Shown piece after piece: positions 8,941 to 13,319 of a stretch of DNA of 13,319 nt. Position 1 is the first letter of the stretch, and each line of letters begins with the position of its first letter. Under the pieces are notes generated by a model. The model was not told the origin of the DNA and made no database searches. It saw nothing but the letters and a program-made list of their open reading frames with translations. This DNA comes from Neoechinorhynchus agilis (taxonomy: Eukaryota > Animalia > Acanthocephala). The stretch covers positions 1 through 13,319 of the forward strand of contig JBMGUZ010000073.1 of assembly GCA_051530055.1 (NCBI GenBank). Direction: 5' to 3'. The position numbers and the translations under genes were made by a program.

Positions 8941-9030
8941 CTAAAGTCTATTATGAGCATTCGCTGGATAATCAGTGGATTTTTTTAATTTTTTTTATTT
9001 GTCGATAGGAGAAAATGAAATTAAGATTTT

Positions 9031-9072
9031 ATTGGATATTTCGATCCACTATCTCGGATCTTCTTCAGCGAT
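9031..9072 (-). ncRNA. Candidate minimal type I hammerhead ribozyme (Penelope-like architecture)
   Basis: Minus strand: aucg CUGAAGA A GAUCC gagauagu GGAUC GAAA UAUC caau. Core 9068-9062, 5-bp Watson-Crick helix II (9060-9056/9047-9043), GAAA 9042-9039, palindromic AUAU in place of helix III, AUC triplet ending at 9035. Helix I is 3 of 4 bp. Confidence 0.5.
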
Positions 9073-9199
9073 TGCTTGTAAGTTTTTAAATAAGTTCAAG
9101 GATCGTCGACAAAAAAAGGTAACTACGATTCACACTATATTCTTCCCAGATTTGTTTTGTCCGTTTAAAAAAAGTTGAACCATTGATAACGACAACTTC

Positions 9200-9443
9200 G
9201 CTTACGTCATACTATAATTTTACGAAAGTATAACTTTTAAAAAGCTTAAGCATGCTTACGTCATACCTTATTAAATAAACAAACCAACGTGAAGCAGCGC
9301 AACAAATTCCCGATTACTTCTACAATCACCGTATTTTTGTATTAGCGACGACTTTTGAAATTCTTCCAGAATAGAAACCAGCATGGATCGGTGACGAAAT
9401 CAATAGAGTGACGTCATTGGCTGGGGAAGCAGAATCCGATTGG
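9200..9443. promoter_or_regulatory. Promoter-like cluster of CRE/ATF and CCAAT motifs
   Basis: gcttacgtcatac twice (9200-9212, 9254-9266; TGACGTAA on minus), perfect TGACGTCA at 9409-9416, and ATTGG at 9416-9420 and 9439-9443; upstream of the ATG at 8940. Confidence 0.45.
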
Positions 9444-10118
9444 TCAAGTAATAAATCGAGTTGTGTCTTTGATTTCAATCGGGGGAATTCCAATTTATTG
9501 ATAGTTGCAACCTTATTTACCCGCATGCAGGCGAAAAATCGTACAAATAAATCAGTCATCGGGGAGGTTAATAAGGTAGCGATGAAGAAGATCCGAGATA
9601 GTGAATCGAAATATTCAATAAAATCTTAATTTCATTTATTTTCTCCTATTGACAAATAAAAAAACCATCAAGTAATAAATCGAGGGTAACTGTCTATTGG
9701 AGGATAAAATCGATAAACCTGAACCGAATTTGTCGTACAGTTGTTAATTTATAAATCGACTAATGAATTCGGAGAATCAACTGTTCTCAAAGGGAAGCTG
9801 TCTCTTTTTTATCTTCACAAGAACAACTTGGTCCTTGCAGTTCCAAAAGAGAAATACAAATGCCTCGATTTGTCGCCATTGACAAAATCGGTGAAGTCGG
9901 ACCAAGCAGAATTTTTAACCGTGGAAGACGGGCCCATCCTTGTAAAATCAGCGATTTAAAGAAGGAACCATCGACGCAATAGAGGATAAATATGGGTTTT
10001 TCCGTATTCATCGGCACTTTGTGCTGCTTGTAGAAATTATGTGCGATTATTTTAAAAGTTTTAAGATGTTTGATCAGCAAATAACAGAGTTTAAACTTCT
10101 TTAAAAAAACGGCATGCA

Positions 10119-11261
10119 TTAGTTAAAATTGAATGAGAATCCTCCGGGAACATTTTCGTCATCTTCAGCCTCTCCGAAGAAAGCGAGTGAATAATCTTCG
10201 ATATCTTCACTTAGAGCTGTAAAGTTGATCCCGGGGCCGTTGTTGATGTCACCATTACTAGCAGCAGCAGCAGATTCATTTGGTCTCAGACGGCTATGAC
10301 TACTCGATTTTCTATTCTTTGGAATATTTTGAATTTCATTTAATTCTCTGGTCGTTTTCAAAGGAAGCTGAACTGTCGCTGGATGCTCACTTAATTTCAA
10401 CCGTTTTGGAGCTGATGGAGTAACTAACGGTTTCATTGAGCATTTTTGAGCCGGCCGTGGTTTTAAAACCACCGTACTTTGAGCACAAACACTTTTAAGA
10501 ATATCTCCAATCGGTTTTGACTTATTGATTGTTATTTTAGACTCTATTGGCGTACACAAACGAGTGTTAAAGTTCAATTGGTTTTTCTTTGCAACGAATT
10601 TCGGTTTTGAAATATTATTTAATAGTTTTCTTAATTCAACTGACTGCTTGATCTTTGCAAAAGTCGTTTTTGGTTTCATCGCATCGATTAATTGATTTTC
10701 ATTAAGACTAGAATCAAATTCGGAATTGGGAGTTGTTGTAGCCTTCGTGACTTGTGGTGACAGCGATTTAACCTCGGATTCATCGACTTGTTTCTTTTCA
10801 TTTAATCTCGACCTGAGTTCGTTTAATTCAGCCAGCATTTGAGAAACTTCGTTTTTGGACGCTTTGACGGACGCTAAATCCGTAATTCGTGAGTCAATTT
10901 GTTTAGCCAATGATAAACTCTCCTTGAGAAGATCCTTGCGATTGGTCTTTTTTAAAAGTCGATCAATTATAGAATTCAGGACAAAGTCAACTTTGTTCAT
11001 AGTGCATTCATTTGAGTTAATCGAATCATTTTGGCTCAATGAATCATAAAAAGATCGCAGATAAAACTGTTCATTTTTGAGATATTCTCTTTGTTCAATC
11101 AATGCATTCAATCGTCTCGTAAGAACAGAATGTTCAATTTGAACAATTTGATGTTCAAGTGCTGATTTATGGATTTGTGTAGCTTCAGAGATAAGCTCTT
11201 CCCTGAGATTAGGCATTATCTTTTGGTTTGTCTGATGATTCTTTGACCTGAAAGATGACAT
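10119..11261 (-). CDS. 380-aa hypothetical protein: N-terminal coiled coil, basic disordered middle, acidic Phe-rich C-terminus
   Basis: Uninterrupted 1143-nt ORF with ATG and TAA. Heptad-like helices over roughly aa 15-160, S/T/P/K-rich middle, tail DYSLAFFGEAEDDENVPGGFSFNFN. CCAAT-like gccaat at 11353-11358 upstream. Confidence 0.8.
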   Translation of the reverse strand: MSSFRSKNHQTNQKIMPNLREELISEATQIHKSALEHQIVQIEHSVLTRRLNALIEQREYLKNEQFYLRSFYDSLSQNDSINSNECTMNKVDFVLNSIIDRLLKKTNRKDLLKESLSLAKQIDSRITDLASVKASKNEVSQMLAELNELRSRLNEKKQVDESEVKSLSPQVTKATTTPNSEFDSSLNENQLIDAMKPKTTFAKIKQSVELRKLLNNISKPKFVAKKNQLNFNTRLCTPIESKITINKSKPIGDILKSVCAQSTVVLKPRPAQKCSMKPLVTPSAPKRLKLSEHPATVQLPLKTTRELNEIQNIPKNRKSSSHSRLRPNESAAAASNGDINNGPGINFTALSEDIEDYSLAFFGEAEDDENVPGGFSFNFN

Positions 11262-11580
11262 GTCTTAACGGAGACAAATGGCTAACCTGATTGATTATCG
11301 AAACAAATGATTGATACGAGCAGCGGAAGGGATAAATAGTTTTGAGGTGTCAGCCAATTGATTACGACGTCGGGCGCAATGGAGATGGTAAAAGTATGAA
11401 ACGTGCTTAGCCGAAAGCATTTATCTTGCGTGCCAAGTGACGGGATGATCTATAGAACAACAAAAAAGAAATCCAAAGTGCAACCAAAAAAAAGAACTGA
11501 CTTGCTCACAAAAATCGTTCAATCTATCCACCATGTTTCCCTCTATAATTGTCGCCTTGTTCATGGATTTCTATCTTGTT

Positions 11581-13271
11581 GGGAAAGTCTCGTTTCCCCG
11601 TTGAACATTCCTAATATTTCGACCGTCGCATCAGTCTTTTTCAATTTGAGTTTTATCCTCAAAAAAATCGATTTATTCAATCAAGACCACAGAATTTATT
11701 AGTGATGAAGGATGGAGCTGTTGAATTTGAGTAGTTGTTCATGCAGACGGTCCCAGACCCCTCGGGGAAAGTCTCGTTTCCCCGTTGAACATTCCTAATA
11801 TTTCGACCGTCGCATCAGTCTTTTTCAATTTGAGTTTTATCCTCAAAAAAATCGATTTATTCAATCAAGACCACAGAATTTATTAGTGATGAAGGATGGA
11901 GCTGTTGAATTTCAGTAGCTGTTCATGCAGACGGTCCCAGACCCCTCGGGGAAAGTCTCGTTTCCCCGTTGAACATTCCTAATATTTCGACCGTCGCATC
12001 AGTCTTTTTCAATTTGAGTTTTATCCTCAAAAAAATCGATTTATTCAATCAAGACCACAGAATTTATTAGTGATGAAGGATGGAGCTGTTGAATTTGGGT
12101 AGCTGTTCATGCAGACGGGGGGGGGGGGGGGGGGGGGGGGTAGCTGTTCATGCAGACGGTCCCAGACCCCTCGGGGAAAGTCTCGTTTCCCCGTTGAACA
12201 TTCCTAATATTTCGACCGTCGCATCAGTCTCTTTCAATTTGAGTTTTATCCTCAAAAAAAATCGATTTATTCAATCAAGACCACAGAATTTATTAGTGAT
12301 GAAGGATGGAGCTGTTGAATTTGAGTAGTTGTTCATGCAGACGGTCCCAGACCCCTGGGGGAAAGTCTCGTTTCCCCGTTGAACATTCCTAATATTTCGA
12401 CCGTCGCATCAGTCTTTTTCAATTTGAGTTTTATCCTCAAAAAAATCGATTTATTCAATCAAGACCACAGAATTTATTAGTGATGAAGGATGGAGCTGTT
12501 GAATTTGAGTAGCTGTTCATGCAGACGGTCCCAGACCCCTGGGGGAAAGTCTCGTTTCCCCGTTGAACATTCCTAATATTTCGACCGTCGCATCAGTCTC
12601 TTTCAATTTGAGTTTTATCCTCAAAAAATCGATTTATTCAATCAAGACCACAGAATTTATTAGTGATGAAGGATGGAGCTGTTGAATTTGAGTAGCTGTT
12701 CATGCAGACGGTCCCAGACCCCTCGGGGAAAGTCTCGTTTCCCCGTTGAACATTCCTAATATTTCGACCGTCGCATCAGTCTTTTTCAATTTGAGTTTTA
12801 TCCTCAAAAAATCGATTTATTCAATCAAGACCACAGAATTTATTAGTGATGAAGGATGGAGCTGTTGAATTTGAGTAGTTGTTCATGCAGACGGTCCCAG
12901 ACCCCTCGAGGAAAGTCTCGTTTCCCCGTTGAACATTCCTAATATTTCGACCGTCGCATCAGTCTTTTTCAATTTGGAGTTTTATCCTCAAAAAAATCGA
13001 TTTATTCAATCAAGACCACAGAATTTATTAGTGATGAAGGATGGAGCTGTTGAATTTGAGTAGTTGTTCATGCAGACGGTCCCAGACCCACTCGGGGAAA
13101 GTCTCGTTTCCCCGTTGAACATTCCTAATATTTCGACCGTCGCATCAGTCTTTTTCAATTTGAGTTTTATCCTCAAAAAAATCGATTTATTCAATCAAGA
13201 CCACAGAATTTATTAGTGATGAAGGATGGAGCTGTTGAATTTGAGTAGTTGTTCATGCAGACGGTCCCAGA
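11581..13271. repeat. Tandem array of nine ~184-bp units (183-186 bp, about 98% identical), one unit carrying a poly-G insertion
   Basis: gaaagtctcg starts at 11583, 11767, 11951, 12176, 12361, 12545, 12728, 12911 and 13097. The 225-bp interval contains a 24-G run (12117-12140) plus a short local duplication. The array ends at ...ggtcccaga 13271 and unique sequence resumes. Confidence 0.98.
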
Positions 13272-13319
13272 TGATCGAAAATACTTTTGTTTTTCACCGC
13301 TAAGCTTGCTTCTTTGATC

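Larger units (their letters stand above)
8990..9664. repeat. Pair of ~81-85-bp inverted repeats about 510 bp apart (MITE-like or Penelope pseudo-LTR-like)
   Basis: 8990-9070 (tttttttatttgtcgataggagaaaatgaaattaagattttattggatatttcgatccactatctcggatcttcttcagcg) matches the reverse complement of 9580-9664 with four substitutions and one 4-nt indel. No clear TSD. Confidence 0.9.

Noticed and set aside
9326-10119. Short ORFs on both strands (9326..9559, 9408..9629, 9741..9959, 9787..10119)
   Set aside because: Overlapping, mostly without ATG starts, no motifs, and no consistent spliced model found; partly overlap the repeat and promoter-like sequence.
11232-11253. ctgatga...gaaa as another hammerhead
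   Set aside because: No helix II, I or III can be formed, and it lies antisense within a long ORF.
12098-12160. 24-nt poly-G run with a duplicated tagctgttcatgcagacgg, as a G-quadruplex or real insertion
   Set aside because: A pure G run after a truncated copy and followed by a restart is the typical no-signal artefact of two-colour short-read chemistry or a gap-fill join. It also means the array copy number is uncertain. Needs long reads.
11403-13194. ORFs 11403..11702, 12080..12328 and 13006..13194
   Set aside because: They are read-throughs of the repeat. The unit length is mostly not a multiple of three, stops recur in every unit, and no protein motif is present.
11581-13271. CRISPR array
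   Set aside because: Units are near-identical along their whole length with no unique spacers, no cas genes, and the context is eukaryotic.
11581-13271. 5S rRNA, spliced-leader RNA, C/D snoRNA, twister or HDV-like ribozyme in the repeat unit
   Set aside because: No 5S similarity. An Sm-like gatttttttga exists on the minus strand, but the nearest donor (tg/gtcttg) is poor. gtgatga resembles box C but there is no CTGA box D on that strand. ggtcccagaccc resembles twister L4 and HDV P2/P3, but the required partner strands are missing.

Overview
AT-rich, gene-dense eukaryotic DNA, most likely from an animal with a compact genome and short introns (animal-type NUP50, FKBP6/shutdown and ATRX sequences). 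Apparently intact genes, all on the minus strand: a NUP50-type Ran-binding-domain protein that also carries two RanBP2-type zinc fingers, a spliced FKBP6/shutdown-like PPIase-TPR gene, and a 380-aa coiled-coil protein with a Phe-rich acidic tail. The 3' end of another CDS lies at the window start. Between these are decayed sequences: a deletion-riddled ATRX pseudogene, a probable HUS1-like pseudogene and a 3' fragment of a non-LTR retrotransposon. The non-coding DNA is the most interesting part. It contains (i) several hammerhead-ribozyme-like motifs, two with a complete catalytic core, that tend to occur as inverted pairs and share a CGAAAUAU(C/U) minimal helix III; (ii) a 177-bp near-perfect palindrome; and (iii) a nine-copy ~184-bp tandem array whose plus strand folds by eye into a rod-like RNA, with recurrent variants falling at G-U/G-C positions. 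Together these suggest a Penelope-like/retrozyme-like small mobile RNA system, but this is inference. All homology calls and folds were made by eye, without database searches or folding software.
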